The translations under genes and the position numbers were made by a program. This document shows positions 1 to 14,761 of a DNA stretch of 64,000 nt, piece after piece. The notes under the pieces are model-generated. The model made no database searches, was not told the DNA's origin, and saw only the letters and a program-made list of their open reading frames with translations. Source of the stretch: Nageia nagi (taxonomy: Eukaryota > Plantae > Pinophyta); contig JBITNC010000001.1 of the NCBI GenBank assembly GCA_050084985.1, forward strand, positions 172,484,001-172,548,000, written 5' to 3'. How positions within the stretch are numbered: the stretch's first letter is position 1; each line of letters starts with the position of its first letter.

Positions 1-3000
1 GATTCCATCTAGATTATGAGGATTATGAACTGCAATATCTAACACCCAATTGTTAAAAGAGCAATCTAATACAATTATAGGTGCAATTCTAGGCCAATAC
101 AAGCATAACAAAGTTATATTGTGTATTTGATCTTGATAATGCCAAAAACCTAACAATTACATGACCCTATCTAGATATATATATCAAGATTATCTTGATT
201 AACATAGATTTTCCATCCATCAAATTTACCTAGACATTTCTTCAAAGCTAGATCTCTTTGTATGTTGATAAGTAATCATAGAAAATTATATGATCCTTGG
301 AAAGTGAATTTTGTAAGTTAATATATAGCTCTATCGCTTTTCAAACCATAACATTTATTGTATTCCTCTTCTTTCCAATGACATGTGAACAGTCTTGGTC
401 CTTTTGGTTGTCGTCTATTAAGTTCATTTATTTTCATGAGTTAATTGTATAAATTTTAATATATTTAATTATATATTTACAATATATACAAAGAATCATA
501 AAGCAATTTTAACTATAAAAGGGATGAATAAGTGTGATGTTTATTATCTCATGCTCTTCTTTTCCTTCCATGCTATCTAAGTGATATTCTCCTAAACTAC
601 AAAAAATAATTATTATATAAGATCCTAACCAACTAGGGGCAAATTTATCATGAATTTTTCATTACATTCATGAAATTTGTTGATTTTATTTTTAAGCACT
701 AAGTCTCCTATGTTGAATTCATGAATTTTATTCCTTTTATCAAAAGCTCTTTTAATATAATTTTGATAAGTATGCATATATTCTAATGCGTGAACTCATA
801 TTTCATCTAATAATAATAACTGGTCTAATCATGTTTGGTGAGCTACCTCATTTTTAATGTAATCTTGTAAGCAATTCATAAAGATGAAATTTATATTTCC
901 AAGGGAAAATTGATTCTACCCCATAAATGAGAGAAAATAGGGTTTCCCCAATAGGAGTTCTAATACAAGTGTGGTACGCCCATAAAGCATGTGGGATTCT
1001 TGCATGCCAATCTTTATGAGAATTGCCTACTATTTTAAGTAGAATACTTTGAATAGTTTTATTTGTAGGATTAGCTTTTCCATTTCCTTGAGGGTATTAA
1101 GTCATCAAAAAACTAATTCTAAATATGATATCTTTTGCAAAAGGCTAGCACTTACTTATTTTTTAAATTCTTCCCATTTCCTATGATAATTTGAATGGGG
1201 ATTCCAAAATAGAAAATGATATGATGTTCTATGAATTCACTATTTTTTATCCTTTTATAGAGATCATAGGAATATCTTCAATCCATTTGGTGAAATATTT
1301 TGTAGTTTTAATTATAAATTTATGGCCACTTGAGGAAGTAGGAGATATCTGATCTATAATATCTAGTGCCTATATTGAGAATGGCCATAGTGATTGCATG
1401 GGTTGTAATTCTTATGAAGGTTGATTAAACAAATTATAATGTTGTTGATACTTGAAGAATTTTTTAAAATTTTCAATATAATCACATTCCATAGTAGGAA
1501 GATAATAACCCATGCAAATTAACCATTTTGTGATTGCAGGGTTGCTAAAATCTTCTGCACATATTCCATCATGTGCACATGAAATTGTAATTTGTGAATC
1601 AACCCATTCTAGGCATCTAAGTGATATTACATCAAAGCCTCTATAATAGAGAACATCCCCTAACATAAAATAACAAGAAGCTTTTGATTTGAATGCCTTC
1701 CTAGTTTATTTTATTAAATTGATAGGTAAGACTCCATCTCTTAAGAATTTAACTAATTGGATACGCCATAATTTTTTATGTTCCATTGTAATGTCAAGAA
1801 CTGCATGTTCTACTCTATCCATATCCAATGAATATTGGGTGATTTGTATTATTTCAATGTGAATGGTTTGTTTATGAGGATTCTTCGGTATCAAATATTC
1901 AATTGAAACCATAGCATAGGAAAACATATTGGTTGATCTTGGTGTTGTTTCTAGGTCATATTTTTTGAATGATTGTAATAGAGTGTCCACCAACTTTTTG
2001 TTTTTTTGGAGTAAAGTTTCTTTACATTAGAAAATCCCTTTAACTCAATTTAAAATAAAAAATGAATCACCAATAAATTTTACTTTTCTTAGCTTTAATT
2101 TTAAAATGGTCTTTATGGCTAGTATTAAGGCTTCATACTCAGCATTGTTATTTGTACATGAAAAATTAAGTTTGAAGGAATAAGGTATGGGAATCCCTTA
2201 TGGTGTTATGAATGCAATACCAACACCTCCACTATTTTCATATTTAGATCCATCAAAATAGATTACCATATCCAAATCTTCTTTAGAATCAAAAAGAATT
2301 TTGATCTCATCTAATTGGAAAATATGCTCATTTGGTAATTCAATGATGAGCATTCTATCATTGTGTAATGGTGCTTTTGTAAGATAATCAACTATGATTT
2401 GACCTTTAATTGACTTTTGAATTATAAATTATAGATAAAATTATGTCAAATGCATAATCCATTTAAATGTTCTTGTATTTTGGTAAGTTTTGTTCATCAT
2501 GTATTTTAGCATATCTACTTTGGAAATTACATAAGTAGTATGATTTAGCATATAATGTCTTCGCTTATTTATTGCGAATACTACTACCAAATATAGTTTT
2601 TCCATGTACAAATACTTAATTTCATAACCAACCAAAGTTAAACTAAGATAATATATAGCTTTATCCTTATTATTTTTATTCTTTTGAGCAAGCATGGTTC
2701 CTAGTGTGGATTCTATAGCTAATGAATAGAGAAGGAATGGTTCCCCTTCCCTATGTGGGACTAAAAATGGAGGTGATACAAGGTAACATCTTATTTTTTA
2801 AATTCTTTTTATTTTTAATTTCCCTAGTATAATCTAATCCCCTTTTTTAACAACTTGTTAAATGGTTTGCACTTATATAATAATTATGATATAAAACATC
2901 TTATAGCTTGTAATTTACCTTGTAAGCTTTGTAATTATTTTATGTTTGAAGGGGGAGGCATATTCACTATTTATTTTAACTTATTAGGTTCTATTTTGAT

Positions 3001-6000
3001 TCTTCATCTAAAAATAATAAAACCCAATAATTTTCCTAGAGTAACTCCAAAAACACATTTCTTCGAATTTAGTCAAATATTATGTTCCAACAATCTATCG
3101 AATATATTTACAAGTACCTTTAGATGGTCTCCTTTGGTTTTAGATTTGGATAATACATCATCTACATAGTATTCCATAATATCATAAATGTAATCATGAA
3201 AAATATATTTCATTTCTCATTGATAACTAGCTCTTGTATTCTTTAGGCGAAAGGGCATTACTTTATAATAAAATTTTCTCCAACGTGTTATGAAGGTTGT
3301 TTTATGTTGATCTTTCGATGCTACTTTTATTTGATTATACCTTAAAAATCTATCCATAAGAGATAGCATTTCATTTCTAGCAGTATAATCAATTCAATTA
3401 TTAATTTTTTGTAAAGAAAAATCATCTTTAGGATAAGCTTTATTTAAGTCTCTAAAATATGTGCATATGCGAATTTTCCCATTAGATTTTTTAACTAGCG
3501 CTATGTTGGAGATCTAGTCAGAATAATTGATAGGATTTATGAATTTTTCTTCTAATATTTTTTTTAGTTCTTATTTTATCATTAAGGCTATTATGGATGC
3601 ATCTTGCATAACTTTTATTTAATTGGCTTAGCTTCCTCTTTAATACCTAGATTGTGCACCAACAGGTTTGGATCTAATCCTAACATATTAGCATATGACC
3701 ATATGAATATGTTTTGGTTTTCTTTAAGTATAGATACAAATTACAATCTCTCATATTTATTTAGTGATTTTCCTAGTTGAATAATCTTTAGGTTTTTAGG
3801 GTCATCACTTAAATCTACCTCAATATTTTCTTCTATTAGAATAAGAGACCCTTCTTCCAATTGATTTGGTACTAGAATCCGATTTTTGTCATTCTAGTTG
3901 TATTCCTCATCTTCACCCAAATCTTGATCATCCAAGATGATATTTATTATGATTTTAGAGGTTTTAAGTATAACATCTATATATTTGAACTCTTGTATTA
4001 TGGATTATTTATGAATGAATGTAAATTTTGTAGTATCTTCATCTACCATGAAGTATGATGAAGAACTACTCAATTTTTATAGACTTAATATTTCAAACTC
4101 ATCACTCCTAGACTAGTCAAAAGATATCCTTTCTAGACTCAAATCAATTTCTTCAATTTCAACCATGTTAATTGAAATAATGTTAGAGAACAAATTTTTT
4201 GGTATTAACAATCCAGGTTCTAGGTCATGTTGATTTAGTATTGATTTAAATTCTTTATGTGTTTTTTTGTATTTGAGATTTTATGATTTTGAATTCTCCT
4301 ATACCTAAATCTAGCAATTTTATTATTATTAGGTAAATGTTTGATGGCTTATCATCTTCTTGATAGTCATCACTTTTTGATGAGGTATTAGATGAAGATG
4401 AAATTTTTGATGAGGAAGCTTTGCTCAATTCATCTAACTTGCATGCTCTTTCTTCCCAAGAATGTCTTTCTTTTGGTGTGGATTCTATATTTTATTGTGA
4501 ATTATTATCAACCTTTTATTGAGTATTGGATTACTATTGATTAATAACATGTTTTTCTTTTTTAGTACTAAAATATGTGGAATTATTCTTACCCACATCA
4601 GTAGTCAATGGTCATTCTATTGAAATTGGTATTGTAAAGTAATGAGTAGATGGCAGGGATACATCATTAGGTAAATGAGTATTATTACAATGTGAATATG
4701 GGTTTTTATCTCTAGACACACAATGTAAAACACCCTTGTGAATATACTTAAAACAATCATGATATGGTTATGGGACATATTGCATATCCTTAATCCAAGG
4801 CCTCCCTAAAAGGACATTATAATGAGTAATATCTCCTTTAATTACTTGTAGCAATGTTTGCATTGTTTTAGATCCTACCATAATAAGAAATGACATTGAT
4901 CCTATTGTTGAACATAAAGCATCATTAAATACCTTTAATTATAGTGATGGTGCACAAATATGTGAAAAAATGAAGGTTAAAATTCTTATATGCAGTTGTT
5001 GAAATAATATTTATAGATGGATCTTCATCAATTATGATTCTCTTAAAAGTCTTTCCATCTACCTTAGCTATGATATGCAAAGGTGGATATTGACTATGTG
5101 TCCCATTCGAATGTTTAACTTCATGATCATATAAAATAATAGTATATTTTTTACTTATTTTTATATTTCCTACAAAATACACAAAGCTTTCGAAATCATT
5201 TATATCTAGTTCAATCATTTGTAATAAATAATTCATTGCATCTCTATGGTTCTTGGATTGTTGTAATAATTCAAATAGAGATATTTTTTCTTATGAATTT
5301 TTTAATTATTGATGTAAATATCTCTTTATAAAAAAATTAGGAGGTTGTGGCCTTGGTATGTGTGGTTGCACATGAGCCTCATCTTGTTGGCTTTTTGGAA
5401 TGATATTTTATCTTTCTTGTGCCTTTTGAGCTCTTTTAGTAACATTGATCATTCTTATGAAGGTTGAATTATCATAACTCCAATTATGTATTACTTGGTT
5501 CTCAAGTGGATGCAATGAGATATTATTAGCTTGATGTTGAGGGAGAGGATTTTGGTAAATTCCTAAGTTTTGATTTGGGATAGCCATAGGATTATCAACT
5601 TCTAATTTCCCATTGTTAATCAAATCTTGAATCTGATGTTGTAATATCCTACATTTATATGTATCATGATCCTTTTGATAATGGTAATGGAAAAATTCAT
5701 TTTCATTATACTTTCTTTAGCTTTAGGGTACTCTAGTCTTATATCTGGTAAACTAATTACTTCATGATCACATAGTTTCCTCATAATATCATAAAGTAAT
5801 TATGTCAATGGTGTGAACTTTATTTTGGGTCTAGACTCATTTTCCTCATTTTGTAAAGGATATGGTTCCACCTATTTAGTAACAAAAAATTTATTATTTG
5901 TTAATGGTTTACCTTTTTTTTTGTTCTTGACATAAGGTTCCCTTTTCTTGGTTTTTATCTCACCATCTTGGATTTAACCTTTTCTATTATGGCATCCTGA

Positions 6001-9000
6001 GAAACAACTTCTTCAAAGGTCTTATGTTGTTGAATTAATAGGGTGCTATCAATAGGCCTTAAACAACTTTAAATTAACATCTTGACTATTTCTTCTTGAG
6101 GTAGAGTATAAGGCATGCTTGTCAATATTACTTTCCATCTTGAGCTGAAATTAATGATTAATTCATCTAGGAATTATTATAGTCTTGTAAGATCAATGAT
6201 ATTAGTTTTATCTTTGATATTGATCCTAAAGTGTTACGAGAATAAATTTGCTAATTGAGCATATGAACTGATACTATATTTTGTTAAGTTATTGTACCAA
6301 TCTCTTTCTTGACCTACAAATACCAAAGGAAAGATACAAAACATTAATTCATCATCATTAGCAATGACATAACTTGAATATTTGAAACATATGAGATTTT
6401 CTTTGGGATCTTCATTTCCTTTAAATAGTTTAATTTTTGGAATTTCAAATTTAAAAAGAATCTCCTTTTTTGGGACACTAGGGTGAATTGGTTCATTAGA
6501 AATTATTTCATATGATACCTTTTGCTTACCCTGCATATGTGATTCTCTTTCAATTTACTTTAATCTTTTACAAAAGCCATCCTTTTCTTCTGGTTGATTT
6601 TGAGGATACATAACATATTCTTCATTCCTATGATCCATTATTTCTTCATATTTTGGGAATGGTTCATACCTTTGTTTAAAAGGTATCTTAGCATCATAAT
6701 AAACCCTATTGTATGGTGGATAGTAAGGTGGGAATTGATGGGATGGTCATAGAGGTAATTGTGGTATAGGAGGGTAGTATGGTTGTCCCTTATCTTTGTG
6801 TGGAGGCAAGTGATGTTTTTGAAGTTCATTTTTTCAATTTATAAGTGAAACTTCTTTTCCCTTATCCAAATAAGTATCTTTATATCTATACTCTCCATGA
6901 CCACATGGAAATAAAGATAATGCTTTAGGTTTTCCTTTTTTATCTCTACCCAATATTTGATCATATCCATGTTTATTTTGTACATTTTGCTTATTATGAT
7001 GCATTCTTGGTATTTTATTTTGATGTAAATTGAACATAGGTTGTGCTTCTAGTTATGGTTGCTTAGTAAACCTTCTAGGTTTTTCCTTTTTTTGCACACA
7101 TTGATCATAAGGATCCAACCCTTATCATTGTTGTTGTTGTTGTTATCACATGTTATTTTGAGGTGGATACTCTTTCCTATGCAAATAGGGAGGTATTTCT
7201 CATAACTTAAACTTCATTGGGTTGTTCTTATCCTTTACATTGCACTCTTGTTTAGGTGTTCTATAACTTGATAAAGAAGTTGGTGCATTTGATTTCAAAA
7301 CATGTAAAGGATTATTGTATACTTTGAAGTGATATCTTGAATATGGAATTGGATTAGTTGTATGTATAGATATTAGGTCATCGAATTCCTCTATTTTCCT
7401 ATATATTATGGAAGGAGTATAATCATCTCTTCTTAAATATGATTGAACTAAACATCCATTTGGTATATAGCATGTGACACAATTATACTTTGGTTTATAA
7501 GGGTCTCTTTGAAACATAGTGTCATCCAAATGGGCTTGTGAGAGATAAATATTCCCTTCTTCATTATCTTTCACATTGTTGATCACTTGTTTATCCTCCC
7601 TTAAATATTATAAATCTAGAGGAATACTATGGTCATATAAAGAATGAGGAATTCTTAAATGTGTTAGATGTTTTCTAATCATATTTAAATCATCATCGAT
7701 AGAATTTGAGTAAACTTTAATATTTGTATTTCGAGGAGTTTCTCTTCTCAAACAATTCCTAATTGACCTACAAATTTCTCTTTCTTCAAAATAGTATTAA
7801 TAATATGGTTCTTGTACCTGACAAGCTCTTTAAGAATGAGTATGAACCATTTTCTCTTTATTTTTCATTTTATTTTATTTTATTTAGTTTTTTTTTAACA
7901 AAATAAAAGAAATCAAGCATCAAACATGTTTTTATTTTTTGATTTTATGTTTATGAGAAAATAATTGAATGCATAAACAACCTACATGAATACTTACCTT
8001 TTCAATGTGATTATATTTTCTATCTTTTTGACATATTCAATTAATCTTTTAAATATGAGCAATGTGAATTGTATATTTTATTATTTTTAGTTTTCTTAGA
8101 TTGTTTTGTCTAGTCAAGTGTTTAATCAAGATAGGATGGTAATCTTACTAGGATGTCTATGGCTAAGTAATGACTTGGTAATTAAAATGGTCCCCTTAGT
8201 GCAATGGGTTTCAAAGAATGTTGTTGAGAACTACCTTGGTGATTAAATCCAAGTATAGCCCCCTTTTTTATATTCATTCAGTGAAAATTAATGACTTCTA
8301 ACCTATGAACTTGGTATTCATATCTAGGTTTTGGCTCTAAGACTCCTTGTATTTTGTTGATGGGAACATAAGAAGATAAGAATAAATGGTTGATAATGAC
8401 CTCTAACTCATTGATGTTCATTTTAATAGGATTTATTAGTGTGCATTTAACTAAATAAATTACTTATGGATGCAAATTCTAATCCTTACAAACATACATC
8501 TCCATTGTTTAAACTTTTTTATGTGATGTAAATAATATTTTGATTAGTATGTAACTTAATCTAGATAACCCATGAGATTCATTTCCTTTTAATGAGGTTC
8601 ATTAACCCTTTCAATAATGGAAGTATTTAAGTATGGTTTATTCCCTCTCCTTACAAATCACAATCACCTTCAATCACCTCTCAACATAGTAAGGGTAGAC
8701 AAGTAAAGAACCTTTAACATGTGTAAATTTTCTTTAATGTAATTTTTTTCCTCCTTGTTACAATTCACATCAACCTTTAACTACCTTACGGCATGGTAAT
8801 GGTATACAAGTAAGAGTATTAATGTGTAAGTTTTTTCCTCTCTTTATGAGTCATAATCACCTTTTACCACCTCTCAGCATGGTAAGGGAAGACAAGTAAA
8901 GAGCCTTTAGCATGAGTAAATTTTCTTTTAATGTAAATTATTTTCCCTTCATTATGAGTTACATCAACCTTCGATCACCTTATGGTGTGGTAAGGGTAGA

Positions 9001-10749
9001 TAATTAAGAGTATTAATGTGTAAGTTCTTTTCCTCTCTTAATGAGTCGCAATCACCTTTGACTGCCTCTTGATGTGGTAAGGGTAGACAAGTAAAGAGTT
9101 TTTAATTTGTGAACATAATCACCAAATTCATTGACCAATTTAATGCATCCTACTCTACCTTAAATTTGATTCATTCACCTTAAATTCATTCCAAGTTTAA
9201 TAATAGTTATTTACCCCTTCCTAGTTTGTAATTAATTTAGTGTGTATTCATTCACCAATTTAATGTGGTGATAAGAAAAAGAAAAGGTTCATTTATCCTT
9301 TTCATATCCAATCCATTCTAGTCACCTTAGATCACTTTTTAGCACAAAGGGAGAGCATAGTTGTATGAGGTAGAAAAATTATTAAGTGAACCATTTTGCT
9401 TTTTACAATCCCTACCAAATAAATAAGTAAAGGGAACTTTGAAAAGACTAGACAACAAGAATATTAAACTAATGCATTTTATCATTAATCTTGACTACCC
9501 TTTCATATATGCATTATGAGGAAAGGGATAACAAACAAGGGGTTCATTCCCATATTTTATCTTTAATTCCTATAATATGCTTGTTTTATTGATGAGAATT
9601 AAAAATTCCACCTTTATCTTTCATCATTGGCATTCTAATCTAGTTGCTAACATCCTAGTCCAATCGTTGGTGTTCGATACCAAATCATTGGTAATTATGC
9701 AACTTAAACTTGGAAAACATAGAACAAACAAAACACAATCAAGATCAACATAATAAGATAAAAACTAAGAAAATAATCATAAAAACCCTAAAAAAAATCC
9801 CTAAATTTTTTTGCTTATATTTTTTGCATGCGAGGGACCCTCCTTCTAGTGCTAGAATGTACTACCCAAAAAGAAACATTGTTAGCAAATAAGATAAACA
9901 ATATTAAGTCAAATATTTATTTTATTTTTATCATATAGGCCTCAATTTCATAGTTAAAAATCTCTAGATTTGTTATTCCTTACCTTAAGCCTTTCACAAA
10001 ATGGTTTTTAGGACTCTATGGTCGTTAGCAAAGTTGTTGGTATCCTAGTGTAGTCTTTGGTTTTTTATATTGGTTGTTAGCATCTAACCCCTAATCACTA
10101 ACATTTTGTATCTAAATTTGCAAGATTAGTCTTTCTCCTACAAGCATATAAAAATTATTTGATATTCTCCATTTTAATTTCCTTAATAACTTTCTTATTC
10201 AACTCCTGTGGAACCTACACACATGCAAACAATAAACATATCAAACATACCTATTCAATAAAAAAAATATGATATTAAATCATAATTAACATGTAAATAG
10301 CATCAAAATAAAGTACTCAAATCACTAATATTATAGATGAATTTCAACAAAGTTCTTTTACTTTAAAAATTGGGTCTCTTACTTCAATATTGAAAGTTTT
10401 ATTTATAGATTAAGAAAATTAGAAAAGTTTCCATTTTGGAGATAAAAATTAGGATAAAAAGACTTATCTAGTCTTTTCATGGTGATAATCCAAAGTTAAA
10501 ATGTGCAAGATTGGTGATGATTCATCCTTGATCTATAGCTTTGTAGCCAAATCATTTAATAACTTTCAATTTTTGTTTTGATTTTTCCAATCACAGAGTC
10601 ATCAACATCTAGGTATCGAATGTTGATGTCTAGATTGAGTCACCAACATTTAGAGTTGGATGCTAGCATTTAGCATTTTTATAATAATGCCTTTAATTTT
10701 TTATCCTTCTTTCATTTATTGAAAGAGGGGTCATTTTTGGTTGTCTACA
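1..10749 (-). mobile_element. Decayed Ty3/gypsy Tat/Ogre-type LTR retrotransposon E1 (gag-PR-RT-RH-aRH-INT); 3' end outside the window
   Basis: Putative LTR start TGTAGACAACCAAAAATG at 10749; gag start MVHTHS at 7850; gag core (IPKIKLFKGNEDP) ~6200-6500; PR-like region 4750-5240; RT 2800-3800; RH 2400-2750; aRH (IYFDGS...CTNNNAEYEA) ~2050-2270; INT 500-1700 with GDLVL and KFAPSWLG motifs. Many stops and frameshifts. Confidence 0.85.
8658..9110. repeat. Higher-order tandem repeat (alternating ~107 and ~87 bp monomers) in the E1 5' region
   Basis: Core GGTAAGGGTAGACAAGTAA(A)GAG at 8688, 8795, 8881, 8989 and 9076. Confidence 0.85.
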
Positions 10750-13700
10750 CTCATACATATTTTGTAAAGGATATGGATGACATAGTAGGTTTATCCCTTC
10801 TACATTAGCCTGCTTTCAACTTTTCTGTAGTAGGATTAAGCTAGGTAGCTAGGGATAGGTGTGTGTGTGTTTATGATATGGTTTCTCTCATGACATAATA
10901 ATATTAGAGGAATTACCTACTATTTCTCAACTTGATGATGAAATACCTTAGTTAAATGAACCTCTAGTTGAGATAGACATTGGTACCAAAGCTGTGTCAC
11001 ACATAGTTCATATTGGAAATGGAATTTTTATTGAGGAAAAGGTCATATATTAGAAATTTCTTAAATATTTTGGGGATATGTTCACTTGGAATATAGTGAC
11101 ATGATCAGAGTGGATCCTACCTTTGTGAATCACAATTTGATTCTTCATAAAGATGCTAAGCTTATGCAATAGAAAATAAGTCCTATGCATCCCAAGAATG
11201 CTTTGCTATTCAAGAATAAAATAGGTTAAAATTAGATAATGATCAATAAAGAACATTAGCACAAGACTGACTTCACCACTCCTTAGGGAACATTTTTTGG
11301 GGTAGTCATGCCCATTAGACTTAAGAACATTGGAGTTGCATACCAAAGAGCAATGGTAACTATGAAGAACATTAGAGTTGCATACCAAATAACAATGATA
11401 ACTATATTTCATGATTTCATTCATAAATTAGTTAAAGCATATGTTGATGATATTCTTGCTAGATCTAGAAAAAAAAAAGAATCATTTAGAATACTTAAGA
11501 GTTATTTTTGGGAGAATGAGCTAATTTAATTTAAAGCTTAATCTTAAGAAGTGTGTTTTTGTGGTATCAAGTGGAAAATTTCTTAGATACATTGTATCTA
11601 GAAGAGGAAGAGAAATTCATCCCAATAAGGTTAAAGCTATTATGGATATGCCTACTCCTAAAACTTTTAAAAAACCTTAAAGTTTGCAAGGAAAATTACA
11701 AGCAGTCAAAAGGTTTATAGATCAGTTGGTGGATAGGATAGCTCCTTTCTCTCACTTCATCAAGAGAGGTAACAAGTTTATTTGGACTAAAGCATGTCAA
11801 AAAGCATTTGATGATATCAAAAAGTACTTACTTAATCCTCATGTTTCATAACTTGTTGATCATGAAAGGCCTTTATAGTTGTATATCTTAACTATAAATC
11901 ATGCCTTAGGAACTATTTTAGTACAAATTGGTGATAAAAACAAAAACAAGGTTATGTATTATCTATCTAAAATATTGGATAATGCAGAAATAAGGTATAC
12001 TCCAATCGAGAAGTTGGGTTATGACATTCTCTATACCACTCAATTGAGATATATTGATCCATTGAGGTATCCACTTTATAAATATCAATTGTAAGGAAAA
12101 ACCACAAAATGGATAATGGAATTACAAGAATTTGATATTATTTATATGCATCAAAAAGCAATCAAAGGGCATGTTATTATTGACTTGTTGGTTGAGGCAC
12201 CATGTGAAAATGTTACTCCAAGCACATATCATCTTCAAGATGAGCTTGGTGCATGGGCTAATGAAGATGATGAACAAAAGTGGACACTCTATTTTTATGG
12301 TTATAAGTGTGTAAAATAGTTTAGGGTAGGTATTTTTTTGGCATCTCCTAAAGGTGGTATTATTCCAATGGATTACAAGTTAAATTTTAAATGTATTAAC
12401 AATATGGCTGAGTATGAGGCTTTGGTTTTGGGTTTGAAGGTTGCTATCAATTTGAATATAAAGAATCTATAGGTATATGGTGATTCATAGCTTATTGTAA
12501 ATTAAATAAATGAGTTTTACAATACAAAAGATGAAAAGCTACATCCATACAAGGATTTGGTAACAAGGATGGTAGAAAGATACTTTAAAAAGTTTGAATT
12601 TGAGAATATTTCAAGAAATAGTAATATATTTGTTGATGCCATGGCCAATATTATAAAATAAACAATCTCAAGAATCATTCCTTGATATATGAGGAAAACT
12701 TCATCAATTTCTATGAGCAATATCCAATTATATGTGTTTTCCTTCCATTGCATGAATGGTATGCTAACATATACAACTTCTTGAAAGATGGAAATATTCT
12801 AGATTCATGTCATAATAAGTTTCTTAAATGAATACTCAAAAAATAAATATCAATGTATATCATTACTGGTGATATTCTTTACAAAATATCTTTTGATGGA
12901 ACATTGCTTAGATGTTTAACTAAAAAATAAACTAGTAAAGCTATGGAACATGTCCATGATAACATAAATGGAGGACACTTTAATGGTAAGGCCATATTTT
13001 ATACACTTTTAAAATTTGATTATTATTAGTAATATATGAAAAATTATTGCATACTTCATGTTAAAAAATATGAGAAATATCAAAATCATGCTAACTTAAG
13101 ATTGGCTCCTTCAAGTGCATTATCTACTATGATCTCTCCTCAACCATTTGTTATTTGGGATTTAGATTTGGTTGGGGTTATTAATCCTAAATCTAGTAAA
13201 GGTCATAAGTTTATTTTGATTTATACTAACTATTTTACCAAATGGATAGAATAAATACCTTTAATATCATCCAAGGGTCCTTAAATTATGAAATGTTTTA
13301 CTAATAACATTATTGCAAGATTTGGCATTCCATCTCATTTAATTATGGATAATGGAAAGAATTTCATAATCAAGCATGTTAGATATTTTTGCAAAGTATA
13401 CAATGGAAAATATGAAGCAACCAAAAAGACCATCATCAACATTTTATGTAATACTTTCAAAAAGAATTAAAGGGATTGGTATTCATAGCTAATATATGCA
13501 CTATGTGCTTATAGAATAAGCATCATATCAACAATAGGATGTACTCCATTTTCATTAGTCTATGGGGATGAGGTAGTTCTTCCATTGGATTTGGAAATAC
13601 CATAATTAAGGGTGTCTTTTTAAGGCATCATTAATTGGGAATAATAATAAAAAGAAAGACTAAGTTATAATGATTAGATTAGAAAAGTATCTATGTTTTG

Positions 13701-14579
13701 GAGAACCTTAGAGCATATCATAAAAGAACTAAGAAGGCATATCAAAATAAGATAAGACCAAGAGAATTTCAGGTTGGTGATTTAGTACTCAAATAAAATC
13801 ATCACAAAATACAAGCTGAGAAAGAGGAAAAAGGTAAATTTGAAACAAATTGGATTGTTCCATACATTGTCAAGATAAAATACCCCAATGGAGCATATAA
13901 ATTAGCAACTATTGATGCAAAATAAGATAGATTTTCTACCAATGCTAGGTACATGAAACCCTTGTATTCATAAGAGAATTTTTTCACTTGTGTTTTATTC
14001 ATTCTTTCTCAGATTTCTAAGATCACTTCCTTAGCTCCATTTATGTTCTATTATCCTAGCATGAGTGTTAGCCTTATGTGTATTTTTCAATCATGCAACT
14101 TAGCACCTGCATTGGTTTTTCTTACAATATATGGTCTATAGAAACTATTGTAAATTCAGGGGTCTCATATACATCTTTGGGTTCAATGATTTATATAAAA
14201 TAATATTTTAAAAATACTATGGTTTAGTTCCCTGATTTGAGTTCATTAGTTGTATAGTTGGTGCTTTAAGAAAAGAAGTAGCATTTTTAAGTACAACTTA
14301 TAGTTTATTTGTATGTAGTCATTAGCATATCAATGTTAGCCAAATTTCTATATTAGTCACTTCAATGACCCTAGCATCCATGTTGATCTTGGTAGTAACA
14401 TTGACCATAGTGTTCATGTTGGGAAACATACTCTCATCATGGTAACCAACAGTAAGGTAAGTTATCATTTTCTAGAATTTTATTATTGTCTTTATATATA
14501 AAATAAATGCATTCATATTGTCTACCTTATCATGTTCTTGTTATGATCATATTATATTTCTTCATTTGTAAAAATTGCA

Positions 14580-14761
14580 ATGTCCTTATTGGGTGGACAT
14601 TAAATAACCATTACTACTTTATAATCATGTCCTTGTTGGATGGATATTGAATAATCATAAATGCTCTATGATCATATCCTTGTTGGGTGGATGTTAAATA
14701 ACTATCATTGCTTTATGATCATGTCCTTGTTGGATGGACCTTAAATGACCATCTTTATTGT
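14580..14761. repeat. 47-bp tandem repeat (~4 copies) in the E2 3'UTR
   Basis: AT(G/A)TCCTT(G/A)TTGG(G/A)TGGA units at 14580, 14627, 14674 and 14721; the unit resumes after 19687. Confidence 0.85.

Noticed and set aside
3930-4700. Ogre-type intron between PR and RT in E1
   Set aside because: A spacer exists but is too decayed to identify splice sites.
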